A stretch of DNA of 64,000 nt, from contig NW_002060943.1 in assembly GCF_000150275.1 (NCBI RefSeq), positions 10,324,209-10,388,208 on the forward strand, given 5' to 3'. This DNA comes from Trichoplax adhaerens (Eukaryota > Animalia > Placozoa). The position numbers and the translations under genes were made by a program. Below are positions 14,801-27,945 of this stretch, piece by piece. Under the pieces are notes generated by a model. It was not told the origin of the DNA. It saw only the letters and a program-made list of their open reading frames with translations, and searched no databases. The number at the start of each line of letters is the position of its first letter. Within the stretch, counting starts at the first letter, position 1.

Positions 14801-15646
14801 TATTATTCCCTTGTAGATCGAGGTTACTGTACTAATATCAATACGTACGTCAACATTGCATTAGCATACGTCTTCTACAATTTTAATAACTTATCTACTG
14901 TACTATTACTAGGAATATTATCTAGATTTCTGAAATGTCTACCAAGATAATTTGAGGCCTATTCGTGAAAATTCTTTTACATCGAAATCAAAGCAGTCAA
15001 CACAACTTGAAAGTTGTGTCCTATCTAAGCTATTGTAGTTGAAATTACACTGTGTTAGAGGGAGAGATATGCATCGGTAGTAATATTTAATGCTGTTCTG
15101 CATGAGAGATTGAGATAGCCATTATTCCTCATAAAACATTAATCATAATTAATTGATCACTGTCCTCTAAATATCCAATACGACATATACAAAGAGCACT
15201 AGGGTATCTTACGGTTGATCTTGCAAGTGGCTGACACTGATATGATTATACGGTGGCGGTAAATTTTTGACATGATCATTGACCTCTTCCCTAACAACTT
15301 GAGCAATTTCTTCTTTGTGGTTATTTTTCAACCTTTCCGGTGCATGACTACAGTAGTCCTGATCATTAGTTGAATTTTTACGATCGTTGATAAGTGGAAC
15401 AGTTTGCTCACTTTTGCGGGTCTTTGGCTTGCCGTAACTTAAGACATTTGATAGAAATGATCTAAATCTATCTCTGCCATTGGAACCGCCTTCCGGTAGA
15501 TCACGATTAAAGAAAAGTAATTTCTTGGTATATTTTTCTTCAGCTTTTTCGGCTACTTCGTAAATGTCGACGCTTATTTCATCATCGTCAACGTCTGCGT
15601 ACAGATCCAATCTATCTTCATCTCCGGTTGATGGTGAGTTTCCCAT
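11894..15646 (-). CDS. Tandem-SH2 adaptor protein with an N-terminal myristoylation motif and no kinase
   Basis: Exon 1 15213-15646 starts MGNSPS. Exon 2 12631-12996 is SH2 (PWFFTGLSR..GSFAVRPS..GDFSLSV..HYLI). Exon 3 11894-12191 is SH2 (YYYGEMKRADAEKLL..FLIRKSES..GEFALSV..HFR..L..LVQYF..GLCAKLTKP). Both introns are phase-2 GT-AG and join in frame. Confidence 0.85.
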
Positions 15647-15889
15647 AATTATATATATCCACGTTCTATGATGTCGAATCAATTCTAGACGGATTGATTT
15701 TTAACTAAGTATAATACTGTAGTTAGTTATTTCGGAGCGAAACCTTTAACTGGAGAATCTACACGCATACAGGCAAGTTATTTTGTTCAACTGGTCACTA
15801 GTCAGTAGGTTAGTAGAGTACGCTTGGATACTACTGAATACGCTATTTATGCATCTGGATACAGTATAATATACCGTCGATGTTTTTTA

Positions 15890-16105
15890 CTTCTGTACAG
15901 TACAGTATGAACCAGATACAGATGTACAGTACAGTACAATGTTACTATCACTGACTCCTTTTTTACTAGTACTGTACTGTAGGTCCGCGCTCGCTATACT
16001 GTACTGTACTGTACTGTACAGTACTGTACTGACAAGTTCTACAGTACAGTACTGTACAGCACGGTACAGTATTGTACTGTATTCTACCTTGTACAATGTA
16101 CTGTA
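15890..16105. repeat. CAGTA/TACTG array between the divergent SH2 adaptor and PIGU
   Basis: For example actgtactgtactgtactgtacagtactgtact at about 15998-16030. Confidence 0.9.
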
Positions 16106-16264
16106 AATCCTTACTATTTGTAAACTTTGGAAATTTATAGACTAGAATACAGCGTTAGTTACTTACCACTTTAGTTAAAGTTAGTCAAAGTTTTAGCAGA
16201 ATACTCGACATTTTGTCGACAGTAAATACTTACTGTGCATAAGAAGAAGTAAAATAAAGCCAAA

Positions 16265-19200
16265 ATGATAGTAATTTCTATTTTACTAGCTATAGCAAGT
16301 CGCTTATTGCTATTTCAATCGGACATTTTAAGTAAATTGATGATCAATATTGCTATCAACACACCTATTACTTCATGGAATCGAGGTAACGTAAACTATT
16401 CGCCGTATGATCATGTTTAGCTAACTTTAATGCTTAATAAGATTGAGTATTACTAAAGTATAAAAGAAGTCACAGATATTTATTGCACTGATTTATACCT
16501 GCAGTATTATGTAATCATACACAGTATTTAAAACAACATACAGTACAGTACTGTAATTGAAATGATTTACGGCTGGCAATCCAAAAAAGCTTTCTCCAAT
16601 AACTTTAGCTGGCAACAGTAGAAGCCTGCAATTTCACATTTCTTTACAAAACTTTGTTTGCGAGAGCACCTCGGAAACACGAAGTTCGCTGATAATAAGA
16701 AGCTTATACGGTGTATTACTAAATGCACCCTCAAGTGATGCCACCTTGAAGGATCATATCATTTTTTGACTATCGTAACTATCATTTAGCGTTTTGCTGA
16801 AACTGTTAATAGATGGAAGGTGTGCAATCACAGCAGTAACTACGATTTAGAGCAGTAGTGTCGAACTATAAACTCTCTCTTGCACTCGAATTCTACACGT
16901 ATAAAATTCGTAAGATATAATGTTACTATACTGTAAAACATGTAGGATGGCAATGGACTAATATACTACGCTTAAGAAGTAGCTGAAAGAACTTACTCTC
17001 AAAATCTCATAGTATAGTTAATTAATTAATATATATAGTAAGCTAGATCGTAAGTTCATTAAAATTGGCATGAGTAGATGACAATGCATACATTAATTCG
17101 GCTTTTTTTATTGAGTATCTCTAAAAAGGCCACAGAGGAGAAATTCATTATAATCACTCTATTTTGTTTCGATCGTACTCGCAATCTGATATTTTTAGTC
17201 TACGCAATACATACATATCGTGCGAGTATGTCATACTGTATGTACTAGAATCAGTGGGCTTCCGTTTATATATGTTGTGTTATTCCGTAATCAATTGCAT
17301 GCAATTAGAATAAAGTAACTAAATCATCAAGTAATGATCTTAATTAAAACTTTTACGATGTTGTTTACCATAATATGCTAGTGTTTATACGCGTTATGCT
17401 CATATACTAATTTTTATCAAATTAGTTCATTGTCGATACTGAAATTATAATAAATGTAATTTTTCTTCAAATTTTATGAAAAAAATCCAAGTTGTGGAAG
17501 GAATAACTTACATCCAGAATGGAATACCTGCCTATAGCGGAGATAATTTCCACCAGGTAACTAACGATCTTTCTGACATGCATGATACTGACTACACGGC
17601 ACACGAATAATAGTTATAATCTACTGTACTGTACGTGAGAATGAATATCGCAGTTCCCGTGCCTTACCATATCACAAGGTATCTTGCAGTTATATAGTAT
17701 AAAAATGATTAATTTCTATGAGTTGTAAATAATTCACTATTTATCAACCTGTGAATTACAATTATTGAGAAAACCATTATTTACCTTGGTATACACAACC
17801 ATTTTATACCCAACGTGGCACTTTTTAGAAACTTATCGATATTTACTAAGATGACATACAATTTACGATAGCACGACATGGCGTAAATACGTTATATTGC
17901 GTTGAAAATACAATTCTAGAATAACTTGTTCGCTAACTGGCAATACTTGTCATATCTAAAATTTCAGACTCCGTTGGTTCTATCATTTTTCTACCTGCTA
18001 CGAAACTCTCACGAGCAGCTCTTAAACCTGGTGTTTATAGTAAGCATACGTATTACAAACATGACTATTTGCAATTAATGAACGATATACGTAGGCCTTT
18101 TATTGCGGTGCTGCACCTACCTCCAATTTAGTATTAATTCATGCTAGATAGGATTGTATTGCATATAGTGACCTGATATACTCTATTTAAAACAGTATTG
18201 GATACCAAAATATGCTGCAAATGTAATAACATACCATTAATATGAATAACATTGTAGGATAGCCCTTTAAATAAGTTTAAATTTATTTTTATTAACTAAA
18301 GTAATAGCGTCTTACAATTTTTTGCAAGGTTTTTGATCTAGGAATCAGCTATAATCTGTATCATATCAGCAAACATACCCTTTCAGCAATTGTAAGATAA
18401 TTATTCAATTTTTAATTTTTGATCGTTCATATGTATATAAAAATTGATATTATTATTCTGCTTGCATATTTTAAAAGTTTAAGAGAAAACCTTCAATTCA
18501 AGGGTATTACTTTATATTCACATTATATTCAAAATCCGAATTTTTTAAAGATCAGATAAAATCTTTTAACTGACATACGTCGCATAAAACAAACTCTTGC
18601 ATCCAAAATGATGTAGAAATACATATCGAATCTATATCTTGCTAACTACTGCCGTAACCTATTTACTTAAATTAATCATCAACAACGGAATATACAGTTC
18701 AGTTATTACTTTCAATGTTCTTATATACTCTCTCTACAATTATAAATACAACGAAAAGATGTCCAAAAATATATCACCTCGTTTACATTCAGTATCTGAA
18801 ATAAGGGAATATTTAGTCAATTTAAAAGATGATTGTATATTACCTACTAAAAATTAAATTACTAAGGTTCTGGTGGTACTATGTCTTTAAATACGTTTTA
18901 CTAACGAATTTCAGACTTTATTCAGTATCTCAGTGTCCTTATTATGCCGTACTAATATTTGAACATTTTGATATTTACTAAAAATGGTACTTTCATTTGT
19001 ATTACTGCATAAAATCTACATTAATTCACTTAATAATTTTCCTGCTTCTTTTGAGAACTTTTTAAGTCAGTTATTATGATTAATTTAATACTATTTAATC
19101 AGATTTCCAAGGAAGAAAAAATTAAAAGCAAAATTAGTAAAAGTTCGAACACCATTCTGGTTAATCAGAGCTCTATAATGGTTACGCCAACTCTTGTATC

Positions 19201-20772
19201 AATATTGTACGTAACAACATCCAATATAAAATTAACATCTTTAGTTTTATTGATAACTGGTAACTTAAAATTGTTAGGTTTACAAATATTAACAATTGTT
19301 GTAATATTTGTGCCGGAACTCTTGAAACATTTACAAATTTATTCATGTCTTTTTAGATATTTATTACATCCATTTTCCATACTGACATGCATAGCCAAAT
19401 CAGTCATTATCATTAATAATTATGCAGTGACATTAGCTATCCTTCTAACCCTGAAACGTAAGTTATGATTTAGTATGACTTAAATAGTAAATTGCATTAA
19501 TGACTGACAATACTATATCCATATTAAAATATAACTTGCCCTGCTTTATATAATGTTATTCTGTAGGTAAAGGTGTAGCGGCAATGCTTGCACTTGCTGC
19601 TGCTTCATATCAAAGTCTATATCCATTCATGTTGGTTATTCCTTTGTCGCTTCACTTATGCAGCGAAGCTAACGTTAGTAGAACTGTACAATATCTTATG
19701 AGCAAAAATTGTTTTACTAAGTTTAATTCCAATAGAATATACTAATTACAGATTTTATTACAGGATAACTATTCAATGAAACGAAGCCAGATTATCAAAT
19801 TTATTAATTATGTGATATGCTTTTGCTTATGGTTTGTAATATTACTTGGAACATCATATATACTCCTTGGGTCTTGGGACTTTATGCGAGCGACATATGG
19901 ATTTATGTTAGTTTAAAATTTTTATGTAGTTAATTTGGCTTATTTATTTACGATATATTATAATTCCTAGACTATCAGCTCCAGATATGGAACCGAACTT
20001 AGGACTCTTTTGGTATTTCTTCACCGAAATGTTTGATCATTTCAAACTATTTTTCCTCTTTGTCTTTCAAATAAACGCATTTTTCTATTTAGTGCCATTA
20101 ACGTTTAGACTAAGGTGTGCAGCCAGCTGAATCAATCTCTAATGATATAGTTCTGTCTTGAAATGTTTCATCTTAGCTAATCAATTACACTTGGTTAGGT
20201 ATGATCCAATCTTTCTTACGTATTTGACTTGCCTGCTGATAGCCGCATTTAAGTCTTATCCCTCCCTTGGAGATTTAACCTTCACTTTGGCGCTATTACC
20301 AGTTTGGTCTCATTTATTAAAATGTAACTTCTACTCGTATTACGTGACCTAGATTAAATAATCGTGATTAAACTACTCTCACTATCAGTGTTTCTCTTTC
20401 TGAACGAATAATCCTGCTTCATCCTCGACTACCAACTTAGATTGCCGTAACAGTTTCGTAATAGTAATTATGATCTTAAGCTCAACTGTTCTGGCTCCTA
20501 TCCTATGGTATTTATGGATATATGCTGGAAGTGCAAATGCAAATTTTTTCTATGCTGTTACGCTAATGCATTCCACTGCTCAGGTAGATCTTTAACAATT
20601 GATACTATTTTTATGGAAAATTGCTAATCTAGATTACAATTATACGTACTTTTACTAGGTGTTCTTAGTAGCTGATCTTCTTTACAGCTACATCATTCGA
20701 GAGCATGATTTATATCACGGTACAGAGCGTGATTATTCATTGACAAAACCTTTGCTCAGTCAAATAGACTGA
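16265..20772 (+). CDS. PIGU: GPI transamidase subunit PIG-U, multi-exon
   Basis: [42 protein letters not shown]; [11 protein letters not shown]; [21 protein letters not shown]; FKSYPSLGD; [21 protein letters not shown]. Stop TGA at 20770-20772. Confidence 0.95.
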
Positions 20773-21259
20773 AGCTGAAGATTATGGAAAATTTTAGTAT
20801 TCATATTTACTTTGGCTTGAAGCTACAATTCTTTTCTGTCTTAAGAAATAATATTTTGTATAATATATGATGTTTGTTGACCTCATTTTTTAGTATAGCA
20901 GTATTTAAAATTCATATTGGCTGAAAAATTGAATTACGATTATGAGAATGTTGCTACTAAGATTTCTGATGAATATATTCCAATTTTAATGACTAGCTAA
21001 ATAAATTGATGCCACTTCGGTAAATCAGTCCATGGTCAGCCCTTGGGTAGATTCAGAGCAGTAATTCACAGCTACTGCAGTATACTCAAAGTGTAAAATA
21101 AAGTTGCAAAATGAAAATAGAAATACTGTACAGCACATAATGGACTACTAAATATCAGGTAATACTGTGTAGTGCGCATAATCGATCAGAGGACTGCTCA
21201 TTGTGCTCAATCAATAACACATTCCCATCGAATTATATTTACTACAATTTAATAAATCT

Positions 21260-21738
21260 AGCCGCTACTACGAATTACTATCCCATTATCCGGTCGAATA
21301 AATCCGGGATTTATTTAGTAATCCATGACCCAACCGCCGATAGCGAGTTGAGTTATACAATGTTGTAGTTAAGAGACGAACCCAATCTTATGTAATAAAG
21401 TAAAGTTTACAAGAAACTGTAGTTCGTGTTGTATTTTTGAGAAGACACTTTATCACATATGTACAGTACAGTAGTTGATTACGATGCTGGTATGCAGTAT
21501 AATTATATCATATTACTAGCGAAACCGTGGGAATTCCACAGAATATTTAATTAATAGCGCGATACAGCGTATGGCGAAAGTACTGTACAATCGCGTTATT
21601 AGAACTCCCTATTCTTCAGTCCGAAGAAGCAAACGTTTATTCCAGCTCCTTCGACTGGAGCTGCTGGCACTGAGCCGAACTAGTAACAAGGGGGAGGACT
21701 TTCTCTAGACACTTCTAGAAATCCCTGGAACAGAACAG
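21260..21738 (+). ncRNA. Candidate structured non-coding RNA, family not recognised
   Basis: A GC-richer intergenic island with several stems, e.g. 21552-21563/21590-21601 and 21643-21649/21657-21663. A G-U pair favours the + strand. No convincing ORF. Confidence 0.35.
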
Positions 21739-21741
21739 TGC

Positions 21742-21842
21742 ATACAGTACAGTACAGTACACGGTACTGTATTATTACAGTACAGTGTACTGTACTGTCA
21801 AGTCAGGGACTACTAAAGTACAGTACTGTACTGTACAGTGTA
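21742..21842. repeat. CAGTA/TACTG array upstream of ZC3H3
   Basis: atacagtacagtacagtac...cagtactgtactgtacagtg; contains GGACTACTAAA at 21807-21817. Confidence 0.85.
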
Positions 21843-22162
21843 CTTGAAAAACAGCAAAAATTATTTCGTAAAGGCTTGAAAGCGAATAAATACAGCGGAT
21901 TTCCATTATTGTAAATGATAAATATATCGAAAGATTTGTTTTACGTGTATAACCAACTCTTAATCTTTCGTATTTTAATATAATGTAAATTGACTAGCAG
22001 ATGATGTATGATGTATACACGGTATACAGAAAATGAAATGACTTTCCAAGATCTAGAGAGTATGGATTGGAGAACTTCTGATAATTAATTCGTCATTACT
22101 GTAGTAAGTATAAGGAACAATAATAACAGGAAGCTGTTGCTGGTGATACAAGCGAATCTAAG

Positions 22163-25100
22163 ATGGATAAAAACAGAAAGCAATCTCTGGAAGCAGAAGC
22201 AAAATATCTAACTAGTAAGTACATAAGCCATACTAACTTCTACTTATACTTCGGTAGGCATTCAATGCTTGGATATCCTTATCCCTTTTATAGTACTACA
22301 GCACATGAATTTATTACGGTGGCTCACCATGACGTTATCTCGAATGTTAAACTTGTACTGTACGTGGAGTAATGGAATTACAAACTTTTTACACTTCTTT
22401 CCATTTCTTAATATAGATCTTATAACATCTTACAAGAACAAGCAGGTTAAACCATTAAGTAATCATTTCACGAAGCAGCCTTCGACCCACTATTTTAACA
22501 ACAATCAGCGATCGAAATATAACGATACCATGATAAAGATAAAGAAATTATCGAACGTACAGTCTTTTCATCACGATTCGTCATCAGCGAATGTTAGCAA
22601 AATTCTCAATAGGTATAAAAAGTAACTGATACTATTTATCATGATACATTTGTTGCTTTTATCATGCCGGTTAATTAGTACCGTCTAAGATGCCAGCCGT
22701 CACCAACAAACAGTAATGTAACTGAACGAGAGTTGTGATAGCGTGTTTACGATAAAAATTGGATGTATTCTGAATTTTATTTCGTTGATCATGTTACGTA
22801 TATCGGTCGTAACCAAAACGTTTTTACTGTGTACTTTTACAAAGATATTCGTGGAAGGCTACCAAAAATCAGGTTACTAAGCCCATCCCTCAAGCTAACA
22901 TCCGTACTACTGATGACAGTAAGCAGAAATCTTTAGTTACTAAAAAGGATAACGTTACTGGAACTCGTATTTCATGGACAGATATCAAGAAATCAGATTT
23001 GAAAGTTAAGAAACAAGTCGAAAAACAACACGTCACCTTAAATCAGACACAGCTACAAAATGAAGGAATCAATAATGTAGCAGATACAACCAATTTAATA
23101 TCAAGTAATCGAACCCCTACTTTATCTAGCAAAGAGGAACGGTTTAAATGGTTCAATAATACAGTCAAAAAACATCCTGACCCTTCTCTACGAGATAATA
23201 GTAAATTTTTACAGACTTCTAATTTAAATGTACCCTTTTCATCATTATCGACTACAACGGAGAAATATAATAATTACGTCAAGTGAGTGTCATTATCGAT
23301 ATTTTTAAAATCACGTTGATATCGTAGTAAACATGTCCTGAGTTGGTCATTGATCCTTATGTCTAGGCCTGATGCATTGCCTTGTCGATCACAACTTAAA
23401 TGGTCTCGTAATGACAACTCCATGAACCCTACGTCATCAGTAATAACAAGAAAGAGTGGTATTATGAAATATTACTCTGCTAAAAAAGCAACAGTACGTA
23501 CTTGAAAAAATGATTTTTCAAGTTTATCACTTCAGTACATTTATACATGATTAAACAACACTTTCATTAATCAAGTTACCTATATGCCTTTAGGATTACA
23601 AGCGATATATTTATTTAACGAATCGTTACAGAAAAAGAAAGCCACAAAGGTACATACTGAAAATCTTCTCATAGGATCAATTATATGGTCATTTAAACAC
23701 GCTAAAATTTAATCTTATTTGCTTCATAAAATAGAATTTAATGTACTGCAAATTAATTTTGTAATTTCATCACGTGTAATATTCTATATAGCTTAAAATT
23801 ATTAAAGCTTAAGAAATCCTGTATAAATCCAAATTACTTTTCCTTCCGAAAAAGTTTAAGGAGGTATGCTATTACCAAATAATTTCATTTGGACTTTCTA
23901 GAAGTATGATATACATATTTTTGATTTATATCTCGTGCCTTTTTAAGGACAAACCTTAGCAAACCTAGACGAAAAGTGAAAGTTACCTCGAAGGCAGTTT
24001 ATACGAGACGAAAGGTAAATAAGAATGTTAAGGATATCTAGTTGATTTATCGCTATCAGTTAGACATACTATATCAATACTTATTAAATATTCTTCTATC
24101 GTCATCTCCATCTTCAAATCATAACTTTTTATCATTTGCAGGAACAACCCAGCTACAATTATTACAATCTAGATGGTGTTCTTTACAAATCAACGGGTAC
24201 AAAATTAGTCTCCCGTTTATCAAGCGTCGCTAACAAAGATGCCATTGTCAATAAAAGGCATAAACTGATCAAACTCAGAAAAGGTATGAAACTCAGATAT
24301 TAAATTTCATTGTGATGAACTATATATTAGTTGAAAGTAATAAAGATGATCTAACAAATTAAAATCATAACAGTCAATAAAACAGTGGCGAGAGAACCGG
24401 CCGTAACTCCTAAGAAAATAGTAAAATTTGGTGGTCTATTATCAAGAAAATATTTAGAAAAGTATTCCTCGAAAAAGTACAAGATTAATCATAAGATGTT
24501 AGTTATCACGAATTTATGCATCCGTACACTTCACGGCAACACGTACATAAAAAATTAGAATTATAGATTTGATTTATTAACATACATTTCTATTAGGTCC
24601 ATACATCAGTCATTGGCAAGCAAGTCTGCAAATTCAATAAAAGATGCTAATCGGCAATATTGCCTATTTTATTGTCGCTATGGTAAATTGTATTGTTAAT
24701 AATATTACACGTATAACTCCGTTAGCTTGATATGTATGGTGTGAAATTACCCGATACGTAGATTGATCAAATATTCGATAACAATTTCTTTAGGTAAATG
24801 TAACCGCGGAAATGAATGCCCTTATGTCCATGATCCTTCTAAAGTTGCAGTGTGTACAAGGTGCTTAAATAATGTAAAAATTGTTTTATCACGCTGATAA
24901 CTTAAATATTATAAAATGATATCAAATCTTGTTCTGTTCATCAGATTCTTAAGAGGGATGTGTCACGCTGAAGATTGTCCGTTCTCTCATCAGATATCTA
25001 CTGACAAAGTTAGGATAATCCTCAGTGATTCATATATTTTACAATAATTATAATTGTGAAATTAATAACGCAAAAACATTTTGATTGTTTTTAGATGCCA

Positions 25101-26064
25101 GTTTGTTCATTTTTTCTACGTGGCAACTGCACTAAGGATAATTGTCCTTTTTCTCATGTTCGTGTCGCAAAGAATGCAGATTTGTGTAAGAGCTTTCTAC
25201 TTGGATACTGTCCAGATGGGGTTAAAGTATGAAGTGATTTTGAGCCAATTTTCTGTTTATTGTTAACAGTAAAAATTTAACAATTGATAAAAACTTTCAA
25301 AAAAGTCAGATTATGCTCAGATTATAACCTTCACCGTGTTATAGTGTAAAATGAGGCATGTAATAATTTGTCCGGAGTACTCTCGTAATGGGCAGTGTTC
25401 TAAAGGCCAAAACTGTCGCTTGCTCCATCGACGAATAAGGTTTTTACGAAAAAAAGGTGCGGCTATCCGACGCAATGTGTTCTTACCTTACTTTGATATA
25501 TGTTATTAAGTGTTACTATGTGTTTAGGAATTGAGATTTCTGATGAAAAAACAAATAATACCCGGAATGAGAAGCAATTTCTTGCTAAAGAACCTGCTCC
25601 ATTTAAAGTTATTCGTAAACAAATGGAACGGATAGATACAAATAATAAGAAAAAACAAGGTAAAATAATTACTTAAAGGTAATGTCTTACAGAAAATTGG
25701 TATAAAGATAACATACACTGGTACTTATATTTAAACCTTAGCGGAGGAATCGATTTTACAAAATTCACTTTATGCTGATAAGAAAGACGAAAGTGCTGGT
25801 AATGTAGCAACGATGATTGTTATCAATAATACTTATCATACATGTTGGGTTTACTTAATTTTATTAAGAGTACACCATGTATTAATGTACCAATCGTACA
25901 GTAGAACATGTAATAATATACTTTCCTGAATTTGATTCAGAAAGCATTGCACATTAAATATAAATACAATATGTATTTTAACTTCAGATTTTCCGATGTT
26001 GAAAGCTCCTAGATTTTTGCACCTGAATAGTAATAACGAGGTAACTGATAGTGAACCAACTTAA
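22163..26064 (+). CDS. ZC3H3: CCCH zinc-finger protein ZC3H3 (five tandem C3H1 fingers), multi-exon
   Basis: Exons in 24598-25457 give YCLFYCRYGKCNRGNECPYVHDPSKVAVCTRFLRGMCHAEDCPFSH..KMPVCSFFLRGNCTKDNCPFSHV..CKSFLLGYCPDGVKCKMRH..CPEYSRNGQCSKGQNCRLLH. Long basic low-complexity N-terminal exons precede them; the last exon encodes LKAPRF. The start codon is less certain. Confidence 0.88.
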
Positions 26065-26739
26065 GAAAGTTTCTGCAAGTATTGTCAATATACGTATTTT
26101 ATAAACCAAATATTTATGATAATCTAGTAGAAAGGTTTTTCAGAAAATGAGCTTATGCTATATTATCAACTAGAAATTTTTCACTTCAACTGAATATTTA
26201 TATATTATTTGCGAATGTAATATGAACGGTAGGGTCATATATCGACTCTTGATGGCGATCAAAAGGCATATTAAATTTAAAAATATTAAGCTTTTATATT
26301 TCATAAATAACAATTGATCGGTAGTTATATTTAAACAGTACTGTTTTCAAGATTATTTGGGCATGAATCTTTTCTTAAGCGCCGTCATATGTTAGGGTTA
26401 AACCTGACTCCTCTTTATTAATAAATTCAAAGATGATTATAATCATATTGTAATTGTAGTAGAGATTTTAAAAGTTCATCCAAAGATGTTATGTATATTT
26501 ACGATATTCCTATATATTGGTAATAAAATCTAGAAGTAAAATAGATTTACAAAATCAGAATATTAACTGAGGCGACCATTGGACGCAAATAGTATTTACG
26601 TTCTCTGATATCTCTAAATTACAATTTTAGAAAGTTACTTATCTAAATACATCTTCACTTGAAAATTAATTTACGCTATGTGAAAAAATTTCGTAAACTG
26701 TAAGTCAGTCTATGCTAAAATTATTATAACAGTAACGAA

Positions 26740-27142
26740 GATGACAAGTCGTTATTATTTAAAGAACAATCTCTATAAGATTACAAGATAAATAAAACGT
26801 ACTCTATTGATGTGTCATATCGACTTCTTATCGTTTGTTTCCATGTTATTGAAGTAGAATTTATTCAGATACGTATCTTAGATGCCATTTTAATAAAATA
26901 AGATTTTAAACTTTTCAATTTACTTAACTTGATATCAAAGATGATAAGTCGTTAATTATTTAATGAAAAATCTCTATAAATTACAAGACATAATAAAAAT
27001 GTACTCTATTGAGGTGTAATATCGATTTTTTATGGTTCGTTTTCATATTATTGAAGTAGGCTTTTTTATATATGTATGTTAGATGCCATTTTAATAAATA
27101 AAATAAAATTTTTAAACCCTTTAAGCTACCACTTGATATCAC
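26740..27142. repeat. Diverged tandem duplication of about 200 bp (2 copies)
   Basis: Copies 26740-26939 and 26940-27142 share gatga(c/t)aagtcgtta, aatctctataa, gtactctattga, attgaagtag, tagatgccattttaataaa and acttgatatca. Confidence 0.9.
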
Positions 27143-27945
27143 TGATATTTGCCATTATCTACGATTTCTTATAAATTACTTACTATATAATTAATTTAAA
27201 ATATGCATATAGAACAATAAAAAAGTAAAACAGTAGATAAAAAATGAAATTAGCTGCTAACTAAGAATGGCTGAATTTTAAGCCAAAGATAAAAATTTCG
27301 TGTGCTTCTATGCGACCGATCAGACCATAATAGAGAACAGAAATGCAGTCTTGTCTTTACATCTAATTATTATGACTGAAAGACAGCAATACGTAATAAT
27401 ACTAAATGTATCAAGTAAAGGGAATTCCTTCAAGATATTCCACGTGATATTTCGTAAGTCTCGAAAACGATTTCTAAGCATAGATATTTCATAATTCTCA
27501 ACGTTAGTTATATAAACCGCAGCATTATAAATGAATTTTACGAAGTATCCAAACACTAATTATAAAAAATAGGACAAAAATAAATTCTATCGTTTCCAAC
27601 TCGTATTAATAACACGATATACAACGTATAATTTGAACTTATCTACTGCATGTACACGTGATATTAAAACAAGTCTCACACTTTATATATATTTTCTATC
27701 AGAAATGTAAATAAACGGTATCCTCATTTTATACTTAATTTAAGCACTTGTTGCTTCATGTACAACTGGCAAATGGCCTTGTTTACAGTAAATAAGTACG
27801 CGTATTAGCTTAAATTATCGTAATTATATGGTAGGCACATACATTATGATCACACTATATCGAAAAATCTTATCTATAACATTCATATAACAAATATAAT
27901 ATCAGAAATTAGTCACATAAACAATATAGACATTCTATCAAAATG

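Noticed and set aside
21690-21725. Minus-strand GAGAAAGTCCT resembling the RNase MRP CR-I (GAAAGUCCCC)
   Set aside because: No matching CR-V/P4 partner at a plausible distance, and G-U pairing favours the opposite strand.
27320-27556. 78-aa minus-strand ORF downstream of the CRD receptor as a possible kinase exon
   Set aside because: No kinase motifs, and the preceding exon already reaches a stop.
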